The translations under genes were made by a program, and so were the position numbers. A stretch of DNA of 34,794 bases from Chiloscyllium plagiosum (taxonomy: Eukaryota): positions 83,124,393-83,159,186 of the forward strand of contig NC_057718.1 of the NCBI RefSeq assembly GCF_004010195.1. Direction: 5' to 3'. Positions 1 to 10,794 of this stretch are shown one piece after another; the stretch's first letter is position 1; the number at the start of each line of letters is the position of its first letter. The notes under the pieces are model-generated. The model searched no databases. It had not been told where the DNA came from and saw only the letters and a list, made by a program, of their open reading frames with translations.

Positions 1-260
1 CTCCCCCCTCTCCTCCCTGACCTATCACCTTCATCTCCTTCCCCACTGACCTATTGTACTCTATGCTACTCTATCCCCACCCCCACCCTCCTCTAGCTTA
101 TCTCTCCACGCTTCAGGCTCTCTGCCTTTATTCCTGATGAAGGGCTTTTGCCCGAAACGTCGATTTTGCCTGACCTCGGATGCTGCCTGAAGTGCTGTGC
201 TCTTCCAGCACCTCTGATCCAGAATCTGGTTTCCAGCATCTGCAGTCATTGTTTTTACCT
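1..260 (+). mobile_element. Penelope-like element 3' end (pyrimidine-rich UTR, hammerhead motif, terminal tail)
   Basis: Shares the motif CTGATGAAGGGCTTTTGCCCGAAACGTCGA...GGATGCTGCCTG...TCCAGCATCTGCAGTC with the copies at 15210, 22549 and 32304. The hammerhead portion also lies directly downstream of the GIY-YIG ORF remnant at 28753-28800. Confidence 0.85.
130..165 (+). ncRNA. Minimal type I hammerhead ribozyme motif in PLE terminus
   Basis: CTGATGA (134-140), A, stem II GGGC-TTTT-GCCC (142-153), GAAA (154-157), palindromic ACGT helix III, GTC triplet (predicted cleavage after 161). Stem I is weak (ATTC/GATT). Confidence 0.7.
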
Positions 261-559
261 TTTTACCTTTTACCCCATTTTACCTTGACAGCTTGAAGAT
301 AAATTGCAACAGCAGGAAGGATTCCCCATCAGCACTATTGAAAGGAATCGTTAACTACATTCAGATTAATTGCTGTTGGATTGAGATTGACTGCAGTTCC
401 GTTTAGTACTGTTAGCTCAGATTGCTGAGGGACTTGGTCCTCACTTTAAGGATTCTGGACAAGTTACCCTCTCCCATACATGGCAGTGGTATTGCATGAG
501 GGGAAGAGTGAACAAAGGTAACACAGAAGGATAAGCTGGTGGAGGAGCATTGGAAAACA

Positions 560-835
560 CTCAGTAGGAAGCCATATGTGCTGAGAATGTTGAACGAAGA
601 ATTCTCATCACTAAGCCTTGGTGAAGAACAGTATATCCATGTCTCCACATCACGGAGGAGGTGTTTAGCAACGTCTATCACATGCTGCAGCCATAATTAC
701 AGTCCAACAGCAGGTTGAGGATGACACTGCCTTTGGCTGTGACTGTGTACCCAAAGCCTTAATGCACTGGATCCTTCTGGGCTGCAAACAGTTGATCTTT
801 GTAACATTTCAAAATTTGCTGGTCACTGTCGCAGG
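560..835 (+). mobile_element. Fossil PIF/Harbinger transposase, N-terminal part
   Basis: Broken translation LSRKPYVLRMLNEEFSSLSLGEEQYI/LHITEEVFSNVYHMLQP*LQSNSRLRMTLPLAVTV...TGSFWAA/DLCNISKFAGHC resembles the HARBI1-like N-terminus. Confidence 0.75.
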
Positions 836-842
836 AGGATAG

Positions 843-1224
843 AAGATTTAATGTGGCTAGAGAGATGGTGGAGGAGAAAGGGGGTTTGAATAGCTGTGAC
901 ACTGGTACCGATTCTGGGAGGTAGAACATTTACAGACTTCTCCCTAACAAAGCCGGATCAATGAAGTTTCTTAGTGATATTTGGGAGTATTTAAACTAAC
1001 TTTGCAGGGGATAGTAACCAGGATGTAGTGTCAGAAATAGACACACAGGGGATCAGGATTGTCAGCACTAGAGGTAAAAATATTAAGATATCTGGTGTGG
1101 TCAGACTAACAGGGAATGCAACAAGGTCTAAATTACATTTATATTGCATCTATGTAAATACACTGAGTGTGGTTAATAACATTGGCGACCTAGACACAGA
1201 TAGGCACATGGAAATATGATGTTG
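843..1224 (+). mobile_element. CR1 LINE fragment spanning the ORF1 end and ORF2 endonuclease start
   Basis: Decayed ORF1 end followed by LYCIYVNTLSVVNNIGDL...WKYDV, homologous to the endonuclease start at 25340. Confidence 0.6.
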
Positions 1225-1808
1225 CTTCAGAAAGGGCAGGACTGAGTATACTTTTCTTATGGTATTCCTTTTCTTCAGTACAATTTTCATACTGTAATGC
1301 CCATCAAACAAAGAAACCTTCATCAAACTGGTGGGCACCATATTCTGTGTTCACCTGGCTCATACCAAAACTCAAAGCATCAGTAAGCAGTCAGAGAGAT
1401 TACTCTAGCTTTCCTACACAAGCTGGACTTGTATGTCGTGCTCTTAGTCCAGGAGTGGGTCACAAAAGAGCCCTTCATATCAGCTCAGCCTACACATTGG
1501 ATGAATAGAGATGAGCTCCATGGAGGAACCTTACAATAAAACTGGGATTCAGCCTTTTTAAAAATTAAAAAAAAAAGAGTTCAACCTGTGTTGCAGCATG
1601 AACATGTGGAAGAGACAGTGGGACTCCCAAGTTTGATATTATGATTGTATGTTCAAATCTTTGAGTAGGGTTTTAACTGACAGTCTTTGGATCAAATGTG
1701 TGTGCACCCAGTTAAACCAGGCTTATCCAGACTATCTGTGAACATTTGTAAATTATTCACCAGTGACACCATCCAAAACAATAATCAGTTATGAATTTAA
1801 TATAAAAC

Positions 1809-2165
1809 AATGGTTAAGGTATGGAATGCATTGCCTGAGAATGTGGTGGAAGAAGTTTCGGTTAGGTTTTCAAAATAGAATGGGTAATTATCTGAAGAGA
1901 AACACAATGCAGGAAGAGAAAAAGAACAGTACAGTATAGGAAAAACCTCTTCAGGCCACTAAGACTGCACCAACACATAAACTGAAAATCTTTGTCTCTA
2001 AGCAGCCCGTAACCCTCTATTACTGCCTAGGACTATGGAGAAAAGGCAGACAAGTCAGTCTAAGAGAGTTTCTGGTGTAGAAAGACAAAGAACACACAGA
2101 CACATACACACAACAGGTTGAATTTCCTCTGTGCTGTCACCATTCTACGACTCTTTAATTCTATG
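1809..2165 (+). mobile_element. CR1 3' fragment interrupted by an oppositely oriented CR1 tail (about 1915-2028)
   Basis: GGTATGGAATGCATTGCCTGAGAATGTGGTGGAAG (WNALPENVVE) plus a CR1-type tail. Confidence 0.6.
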
Positions 2166-2299
2166 TCAGCGTGAGACAGAAAACAAGTGAAGGCTGTGTT
2201 GATCAGGTGATATGAAGTAAATAGAGTGGGAGGAAGCTAATGTCAAACTCAGGTGCTGTTTCAGTTCTGTAAATTCTGTCTGACAATGTGTCACTTTGG

Positions 2300-2506
2300 T
2301 CAATAGACAATAAGTGCAGGAGTAGGCCATTCTGCCCTTCGAGCCTGCACCACCATTCAATATGATCATGGCTGATCATCCTTAATCAGTATCCTGTTTC
2401 TGCCTTATCTCCATAGCCCTTGATTCCACTATCCTTGAGAGCTCTATCCAACTCTTTCTTAAATGAATCAAGAGTCTGGACCTCCACTGCCCTCTGGGGC
2501 AGAGCA
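2300..2506 (-). mobile_element. CR1 LINE 3' end
   Basis: GCAGGAGTAGGCCATTCTGCCCTTCGAGCCTGCACCACCATTCAAT is a typical reverse-complement CR1 tail, similar to 10815 and 12640. Confidence 0.75.
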
Positions 2507-2564
2507 AAGGACATAGAAAGGACAGATAAATAGGGCATTGATGAATGGTTTAGATACCACTATG

Positions 2565-2891
2565 TTAGATTAGATTAGATTCTCTACAGTGTGGAAATAG
2601 GCCCTTCGGCCCAACAAGTCCACACTGCCCTTATGAAGAGAAACCCACCCAAACCCATATCCCTACCCTATATTTACCCCTGACTAATGCACCCAACACT
2701 ATGGGCAATTTAGCATGGCCAATTCACCTGACCTGCACATCTTTGGACTGTGGAAGGAAACCAGAGCACCCGGAGGAAACCCACGCAGACACAGGGAGAA
2801 TGTGCAAACTCCACACAGACGGGCAGGAATCGAACCCAGGTCCCTGGTGCTGTGAGGCTGCAGTGCTAACCACTAAGCCACCGTGCCACCC
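2565..2891 (-). mobile_element. HE1-type tRNA-derived V-SINE, near full length
   Basis: A box TGGCTTAGTGG, B box GGTTCGATTCC, V-domain GTGGGTTTCCTCCGGGTGCTC, (AATCT)n tail, possible CTATG target-site duplication (2560-2564/2892-2896). Confidence 0.92.
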
Positions 2892-3304
2892 CTATGCAAC
2901 ATTCTCCACTTTGGTACCCATTGATGTCAGGAAAAGTATTTAAATGGCATGTCCTCTTTCCAGTGGGTCAGTGGGGGTGACATCAACATGTCAAATTCCA
3001 CTGAGTGTTGATCCACCATCATTGTTGGAGGGTGTCATCAATGAAATACTAGGCTGCAGCCTTGATGCAATTATAACCAATTAATCCAACTCCTTTGCTC
3101 TTTCCCGATAGTCCTGCAAAGCTTCTTTGCTTGAAATGTGCATGCATAGAAGTTCCTTTTCAAAATTGGTATTGAATTTTCTTTTGTTGGATTTTCAAGA
3201 AATGTATTTCAGAACATATTAACTTGCTACTAAAATAAATTAACTTCCTTAATTCCAGTACCTCTGCATTTTTGCTAATTAGCTTAAATCTGTGTGCTCA
3301 GGAT

Positions 3305-3630
3305 GTTGTAGATTCAAGTACTGCTCCAGGGCTCTTGATCAGCGCTGAGTGAGTACTACTCTGTTCGAAATACTATTTTCCCAATGTGACATTAAAAATC
3401 TACCATCTCAGATGGACATTAATGATCCCATGGCACTAATTCTCACAAATTTCTTTGAGAACCATTTATCCTCCAACCAAAATAGTTAATATCTGGTCAC
3501 CTATTGCAATTCTGTTTGTGGTATTTTGCTCTCTGAAAATTAGCTATTGTAACAACGTCTGTGCTTCAAAATGTCATAGCTGTAAATTGTTTTGAGAAGT
3601 TTTGAATTTAAGGACTGTGATATTAAAGAG
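3305..3630 (+). mobile_element. Old DeuSINE (SacSINE1/AmnSINE1-like)
   Basis: CTCAGATGGACATTAATGATCCCATGGCACTA...ATTTATCCTCCAACCAA...ATCTGGTCA...TGTTTGTGG matches the Deu-domain consensus. Confidence 0.75.
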
Positions 3631-3740
3631 TTAATTTGCTCTGTTGACCTGCAAGAAATTGAATGCCTCGGGGGTAAGGTGGTGTGTCTTTGTCTTATAG
3701 GTGGAATGTGGGAGGTTTACATTCCCTTCCCTTGCCGTTC

Positions 3741-4337
3741 AGGGATGATTTGCATCATCATCATCACCTATTCAGAAATCAGTTGGAATTTGACTACTCC
3801 CCTATAGTTACAAAAAATGATTTGCAACAGATTTGAAGATTAAGGGATGATTTGCATTACATAGTTTCTGGAAGTGGGGTGTTCACTGCACTCTTGAGAG
3901 GCATGTGATTGTCAAGAAGTGATTGGGGGTTGTCTTGTGGGCATTACTATCAAGGATGGAAATATTTTGTATAAAGGAAGGACTGTTTCCTTTGCTCAGA
4001 CAGAACATCCCTGCACATGACTCGCAAGCATGGCGAGGAGTGTTCAGGATTTCTCCAAAGCGTGTATTTTACTGTGCTTAATAAAATTTGGTTGCTTGTT
4101 TCCAGAAATTGATGTTGCAATTGCGTAAAGTGCATAAAGGAAGTCAGGAAAAAAAGAACTTCACAGGACAAATGTTCAAATAAATTTAAGTCTGCCTTTG
4201 TTTTCTACTACACAATCTATTTAAGCAAATACATTAATTTCAATAGTACATTAGTTTCTACAAAGTAGTCTATTTTGTCTCTTTGAGCATGTGGCAGCAA
4301 GGTATGAAGCAAAGTGTGAAACATTGATCATTTGCAT
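3741..4337. promoter_or_regulatory. Candidate enhancer/promoter: clustered octamer (ATTTGCAT) and ETS motifs
   Basis: ATTTGCAT at 3748, 3850 and 4330 (all in TNATTTGCAT context), a 7/8 match at 3820, and GGAAGT at 3870 and 4139. No recognisable TE in this segment. Confidence 0.35.
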
Positions 4338-4992
4338 TTATACATAAAACTTTGATCAAGGCCCATCAGACTGAGGGATACCCATCCTGATGTATTCTAG
4401 TGAATTGTGTTGTACCAATACCAGAGTTGAGGAATATCACCAAAGCTTGTAGTATGTAACAATCTGTATTCTATATGAGCTATGGTTCCACTAAAACATG
4501 CTGAATGAGATGTAAGTCACAAATGGATCCTTGCTTATATAGTGAGTATCAGTGTATAATCCTTCTTCTTTAAGTTGCATCCTTGGCTATTGAAGATTAC
4601 CTGAATCACAATTTATGATTTCATTAAGGGGCAAGCTGAAGAGGCAGACCTTAAGTCTGTATCATTTAGTTTGGAGATTGAACCCCGTGCCATTAGCAAG
4701 TTCTGAGCTAACAAGTCCCAACCACTGTTAGACTTTGTGATCCTGGCCTTGTGTGCTTTCAGTTGGGGGCAACTAAAAATGGTGACTGACCCATCACTTC
4801 CCTGCTCACATCTGACTCACTGCTATAAAATGGGGCAAAAATCAGTAGCCTGCCTGTCATTTGGAAAAAATGATTATAGGCAATTGAGCTTGTTAACAAG
4901 TCAATTGACACAGATATAGTACTGTCCATGAAATAGTATGGTTGGCATGGGTAGGAATTTGGGAATGAGAAGGTGGTTTTTAAAACAACATT

Positions 4993-6160
4993 TAGAGTCA
5001 TAGAGATGCACAGCACAGAAACAGACCCTTCGGTTCAACTCGTTCATGCCGACCAGATATCCCAACCCAATCTAGTCCCATTTGCCAGCACTTGGTCCAT
5101 ATCCCTCACAATCCTTCCTATTCAAATACCATCCAGATGCCTTTTAAATGTTGTAATTGTACCAGCCTCCACTACTTTCTCTGGCAGCTCATTCCATATG
5201 CACACCATTCTCTGCATAAATAAAGTTGCCTCTTAGCTGCCTTTTATATCTTTCCCCTCTCGCCCTAAACCTATGCCCTCTAGTTCTGGACTCCCCCACC
5301 CCAGGGAAGAGACTTTGTCTATTTATCCTACCCACATGCCCCTCATGATTTTATAAACCTCTATAAGGTCACCCTCAGCCTTCGATGCTCCAGGGAAAAC
5401 AGCCCCAGTCTATTCAACCTCACCCTATAGTTCAAATCCTCTAACCCTGGTAATTCTTGTAATTCTTTTCTGAACCCTTTTGAGATTCACAAAATCCTTC
5501 CATTAGGAAGGAGACCAGAATTACACACGATATTCCAAAAGTAGCCAAACCAACGACCTGTACCGATGCAACATGACTTCCCAACTCCTATACTCAATGC
5601 TCTGACCAATAAAGGAAAGCATACCAAAAGCTGCCTTCACTATCCTATCTACCTGTGATTCTACTTTCAAGGAGCTATAAACCTGCACTCCAAAGTCTCT
5701 TTGTTCAGTAACTCTCGCTAGGACCATACCATTAAGTGTACAAGTCCTGCTAAGATTTGCTTTCCCAAATTGCAGCACCTCACATTTATCTAAATTAAAC
5801 TTCATCTGCCACTCCTTGGCCCATTGTCCCACCTGATCAAGATCCCGTTGTAATCTGAGGTAACCTTTGCTGTCCACTATTATTCCAATTTTGGTGTATT
5901 CTGCAAACTTACTAACTCTACCTCCTATATTCATATCCAAATCATTTATATAAATTATGAAAAGTAGTGGACCCAGCAAAGATCATTGTGGCACTCCACT
6001 GGTCACAGGCCTCCAATCTGAAAAACAACCCACCACCACCCTCTGTCTTCTACGTTCAAGCCAGTTCTGTATCCAGATGGCTCGTTCTTCCTGTATTCCA
6101 TGAGATCTAACCTTGCTAACCAGTCTCCCATGGGGAAACTTGTCAAACTCTTTACTGAAC
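4993..6160 (-). mobile_element. HER1-type CR1 LINE, 5'-truncated (RT C-terminal half and 3' tail)
   Basis: ORFs 5521-5979 and 5983-6198 give FSKEFDKFPHGRLVSK...GVPQ / LGPLLFIIYINDLD...KFAEYTKIG; tail CTATGACTCTA. Confidence 0.93.
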
Positions 6161-6699
6161 ATTTGTGGAAAGGGTAAGAAAGTAGGGGGACATATCATTT
6201 AGGTCTTGCTGTCTGCATATTAGAGGCTTTTGTTCTTCTCCACCTGGTTTCCAAAACCTGGTCCATCATCCCTGCTGCATACTTCCCTAGGCTTCCCAAT
6301 CCTGCCTTGCTCCCCAAACCTGCTTGAATTTGGACACAGTGGCAGTCTTTATCCTGGCATCTTCAAGTCCCAGTAACATGTACTACTCATTTCTGGTATA
6401 GCCAGAGTGGCAGGCATTGGCTTCCTCCCACTGAGGGACATACACTCACTCTCTGCTCACTTTCTCCATAAGCAATACATTATAGCTGCACTTTTTCCTA
6501 TTTTCAAGTCACATGACTGATGAATGAATTTGCGTTAAGGTCTCCATGTCTATTTCTTCAGTCTTGCTTCAGCCATTCTTTTAGGACCTCTAGCCAGCAG
6601 TGCAGCTGTGCCGTGGTGTGTGAAAGCCATGGAGTCAGTGAGGAAGACATTGTGAAGACCACTGGGGAAAAGCACTTGTCTTGACAGAAGGAAGATCCC

Positions 6700-6900
6700 A
6701 GGTGAGGTTGCCCACTGGTTCAGTGATAAGTCCAAACATGTTTCCTTTCACACAACTCCAGAAAGGTGGGAGATCCTCATCCTAGGTGCATGAGGAATAG
6801 ACCTGCCCACTTAACCAAGAAAAGTCTGGTTGCAGATCGCAGAGGAGGTCAACATCCAGAACAGCTGCCTGCAGCGTTAAAGCATATTAATGGCCTTCTA
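6700..6900 (+). mobile_element. Fossil Harbinger ORF2 (Myb/SANT-like DNA-binding domain)
   Basis: Broken translation VAHWFSDKS...RPAHLTKK/VWLQIAEEVN...INGL resembles the NAIF1/MSANTD-type domain; convergent with the transposase remnant at 7930-8427. Confidence 0.65.
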
Positions 6901-7929
6901 TACTCTACATATGTAAATATCACACCTCAGTTCCCTTAGCAATGAGTAAGGCTGGGGCTGCTGGAGAAATAGAACACAATGATGGTGGTGATTGGACAAA
7001 GGTCAGCCATCTTTATAAAAGGATACAAATTTGCTAAAGGGGAACTAGTGTGTCAGCATTGATCCTTGCAAAGTCACTCCAGGATGCCTCAATGCCCTAT
7101 TTCTGCCAAAGGGCCCAAATTCAGTGATAAGATCCCATCCATTTGGGCATCATATCTTGTTCTTATGGGTTAACATTACTCTTATATTTTCCACCTTGGG
7201 AAGAGGGCCTACCATGACTGGGAAAAGCTCCAAATCAATGTTTGATCTCCTTTCTAGCAATGTAATGTCCATGAGGGGAGGCTCCTGAACTGGCAGAAGA
7301 GAATGGGTGGTACTCTCAGAGACAGCAAGAAAGGAGTGCAGTTGCAAGAGAATGAGGGTCTCAGGTGTGGGCTCAAGAGAGCCTTATCCGAGCATGAAAA
7401 CCACTGTTTTTATATCTTACATTAATCTGAACACTGGCTGCTTTTAGTGGCTCCTGTTTGGAAGGGAAAAGCTTTTAAATCCTTGTAGTCTCTCCTGCAC
7501 AAATCGAGAGCTGTCATTTATGTGAAAAGCTATCCACCATTGTTTATTTTAATTTATTTGTCAACATCTCCATCTATTCTTGAAAGTGCAGGAGCACCTT
7601 GTTTGCCTGTGGATTATTTAGGAGAGTCCATGGTGTGAGATTTTGGATTTGGGTGAGATTTTGGATTGCCCAGAGCAGCAGCTAGCATAGGACAAGACAG
7701 CCTGGGCTGGCAAATGAAGTGAATGTCAACAATGGAGGTGGAAGATGACCTTTGTTTGGAAGAATAACGTGGGAAGGGTCATTTGAATTATATAAAGAGT
7801 CATAGGGATGTACAGCATGGAAACAGACCCTTCGGACCAACCCGTCCACGTATGAGTGCATCCCTTATCTCCCTTCCATCTATGTCATAGCACTCTGTAT
7901 ATGGCTCCACATGGCTTTTTGAATGCTGC

Positions 7930-8427
7930 TACTGGCCATCAGCTTCCTCATCAACCTTCTCCCCTGACAATGTGTCATGTTCCACGAATACTACCTGGCT
8001 AGAGCATCCCAATTCTGTAGCACCAGCTTGTGCAGAACACAATATACACATGCGAGAGTCATTCACTGGACCATAAAAATGTGCCCCACAATCTAAACAC
8101 CTGAATCTCATCTTTAGTGGATCACTGCTCTACTCAATGATGGCATGGATTGCCACGAGCTGAGTGTTGTGTTACTCCCCTGCTTTCTTCTTAAAATTTC
8201 TCTCTCACCAGCCATTTCTTTTGTGGGTAGCCTTTGTTTTCACAACTGTAGGCAGAGGGTTTTGAAAAGCTCGGGTAACTGGGAGTGCCTGGATGTGTAA
8301 GCATTCTGAATGCTTCCAAGCACAAGCATACACTTGCAAGTTAGTTTAGCAGTGATCACAATTACATAGATGAATCATTTCTCTTTTAGTCAAGGCCATT
8401 GGCTTTATTTTGGTGCTTTGGCAATGT
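7930..8427 (-). mobile_element. Fossil Harbinger transposase, C-terminal half
   Basis: NKGYPQKKWLV (GDKGYP motif), HNTQLVAIHAIIE*SSDPLKMRFRCLD, YCVLHKLVLQ (CCxLHN motif). Confidence 0.8.
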
Positions 8428-8480
8428 TTAGATTAGATTAGATTACTTACGGTGTGGAAACAGGCCCTTCGGCCCAACAA
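8428..8480 (-). mobile_element. HE1 SINE 3' tail only (53 bp), truncated at the duplication breakpoint
   Basis: TTAGATTAGATTAGATTACTTACGGTGTGGAAACAGGCCCTTCGGCCCAACAA, same as the tail at 12231-12283 apart from 2 substitutions. Confidence 0.9.
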
Positions 8481-8499
8481 GGGAGAAAGTTTGTTTTCA

Positions 8500-8960
8500 T
8501 AAATATATAAACCATCACTGTTTTCTGATTGAATCCAGTTTTAGGACATATACCAATTCAAACTGGCCTCAGAATCCAAGGTAGATTGAGGCAAAAGTGA
8601 GACCGTGCCTTTTGGGGAACTGGACTGTTTGATTCTTTATCCACTTGACTGCTATGTCAAGTTACCTGAAAGTACAGGGGATATGGTCCAGAGGGACTGG
8701 GACATACACTAAAAACTGGAACAGGTGATAATAATCAAACAAAAACTGGATAGTTGGGAGCTGTGCTTCCTTTCCATTGCAGGTAGGAACCTAGTCATCA
8801 GGTGTGTGGTGTTCTTGGTGTTGCAGTACATGGCATATGTCTGGCTTAGCCAGCAATCTTTTGCCATGGTGATTGCCTGAGCCATCTCTGAGGATAGGGA
8901 GGTGGGAGGTGGCCACCTTGTCATTGCAAACGTATTGTACAAAAATGCTTTGGTCTGGTT
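8500..8960 (+). mobile_element. Tx1-type (L1 clade) LINE RT-region fragment
   Basis: YQFKLASESKVD*GKSET...YLKVQGIW...KNW/IKQKLDSWELCFLSIAGRNLVIRC. Confidence 0.75.
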
Positions 8961-8962
8961 TC

Positions 8963-9026
8963 CATGATTTGGAGGAGCCGATGTTGGACTGGGGTGGAAA
9001 AAGTCAAAAATCACAACACCAGGTTG
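8963..9026 (-). mobile_element. Terminal fragment of the second PLE-like family (also at about 34112-34175)
   Basis: ATGATTTGGAGGAGCCGATGTTGGACTGGGGTG...AAAAATCACAACACCAGGTT matches 11742-11805. Confidence 0.7.
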
Positions 9027-9117
9027 CAGATGTGGAAGAATAGCATTGAAGGAGATTTGGCAAGTTACTGAAGTACATCTTGAAGATGGAAAACCATGTT
9101 ATTCCAGTAATGGAAGG

Positions 9118-9460
9118 TTTTGTTTTTATTTCAAAAATATACTTTATTCATTAAAAATATCATTGTACATGCACATAGTCAGAAAATGCAGTTCAGTTCT
9201 GTACAGTATCAAGGAAATAAACAAATATTGGAGTTTGACTCAATCCAAAAAACCAAAAGACATCTGTTACACATACAATATTATATTTACATACATTTGA
9301 GGCAACATGAGGGTCAAATAACTGAACAGACCCCCACTTGTCTTCAGCAGAAAGGCCTCAAGCGATAGTCTTCCTCCCCCCCTTCCTTGGCAGCAGCTAC
9401 CCCAGGCTTTAGTGCATCTCTCAGCATATAGTCCTAGACCTTGGAATGTGGCAGTCTGCC
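9118..9460 (-). mobile_element. Tx1-type LINE 3' end
   Basis: Minus strand HSKV*DYMLRDALKPGVAAAK, then a UTR ending AATAAAGTATATTTTTGAAATAAAAA; homologous to 16660-16975. Confidence 0.8.
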
Positions 9461-9479
9461 ACACTGCTTAAGGTAGTGA

Positions 9480-10792
9480 ATGGGGTGTCAATCGTGGTTC
9501 TAGATGGTATTGAGTTTCTTTTTGGAACGGAACTCATCCAGGTAAGCATTCCATTATATGTGCTCTTGGTTCATGGTGGACTTGTTTTGGTGGGGTCATC
9601 AAAATTCTTTGCCTGTAACCTGCTTTTGTTGCCACGGTATTTATATAGCCAGCCCAATTCACTTTCTGTGCAATGGTAACATCTGGGATGTTGATAGTGA
9701 TGGATTAACCAATAACATGTTGTTGATTGTAAAAGGGAGATAATTAGACTCTCTCTTGTCAAAGATAATTATTGCCTCGCACTTGTGTAGCGCGTATGTT
9801 ACTTGCAACTGATTAAAGTTCAGTGTTGTCTAGCTCTTTCTGCTTATAAGCAAGGTCTGCTTCACTAACTGAACAGTTACAAATGAGACAGAGGATGTGA
9901 GATGAGCAAATATCTCATTTCTGAACTAATGATGGAGGGGAAAGATAAAGTAGTTACGAACACATATGAGATACTTGCTTTTATTAGCTGAGACCTCGAG
10001 TTTAAGAGTAGGGAGGTTATGCTGGATCTGTATAAGATATTGATTAGGCCTCAGCTAGAGTATCATGTGCAGTTCTGTAATCCATAAGGAGAGATGTGAT
10101 TGTACTGGAGTGGGTGCAGAGGAGAGTTACCAGGATGTTGTCGGGCAACAGAGTTTCAATTCTGAAGAAAGATTGGATAGACTGGGGTTGTTTTCTTTGG
10201 AGCTGAGGAGATTGAGGGAAAACATGATTGAGATATATAAAATTGAAAGACATACTGAGGATAGGTAGGAAGAAACTGTGACAAAAATATTATTCACACA
10301 GAGGGTAGTGGGAATCTGGAACTGACTGTCTGTAAGGGTGGTAGAGATAGAATGCCTCATAACATTTAAGATGGTTACATGATGCTCAGGCATACATGGC
10401 TAGGAGCCAACAGCTGGAAAATGGGACAAGAAAAATGCTTGTTTTTGACCACAACAAACTCAAATTCTGTGCTATGGACCTTTATGATGCTGTGAAATAT
10501 CATTGTTAAAAAAAACCTGAAGGTGGTTGGGACTGAGACAGTAATCTGAGGAACTCCTGAAGCAGTGTCCTATGGCTGAGTTGATTGACCTCCAGCAACT
10601 ACAATTATCTTCATTTGTTCTTCATACCACTGCAACCAATTTTACCAGAGCCCCATCCGTATCAGTGGGTACATTGTTGCTGAGAAAGTACCACTTGAGA
10701 GCATCCTTGACAATGCTCGAAAGCAGATTAACTGGGTGGTAACTGGTTAAGTTAGATTTTTCTTACATTTTGTGAATTATATGGCTGGGCAT
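9480..10792 (-). mobile_element. Old CR1/L2-group LINE RT remnant, split by a younger CR1 insertion
   Basis: Minus strand PSIISSEMRYL...QVTYALHKCEAIIIFDKRES (9480-9940); resumes at about 10500 with GVPQ. Confidence 0.6.
9945..10495 (+). mobile_element. CR1 LINE 3' fragment
   Basis: EFKSREVMLDLYKILIRPQLEYHVQF...EERLDRLGLFSLELRRLR. Confidence 0.85.
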
Positions 10793-10794
10793 AT

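Larger units (their letters stand above)
8479..9645 (+). repeat. Copy 1 of a recent direct duplication (partner 33629-34794)
   Basis: Base-by-base match with offset 25149-25150; 6 differences seen in about 1166 bp. Confidence 0.97.

Noticed and set aside
4330..4460. Ig light-chain promoter with a leader exon downstream of the decamer
   Set aside because: The following ATG frame (MYSSELCCTNTRVEEYHQSL*) is not a signal peptide, and no V exon follows.
4625..4970. Possible ancient SINE fragments (B-box-like GGGTTCAATCTCC on the minus strand near 4680)
   Set aside because: Too degenerate to assign a family or boundaries by eye.
7635..7667. Tandem GTGAGATTTTGGATT x2, plus the C13 run at about 26348 and (TTAGA)n tracts
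   Set aside because: Ordinary slippage products or SINE tails; not CRISPR-like or telomeric arrays.
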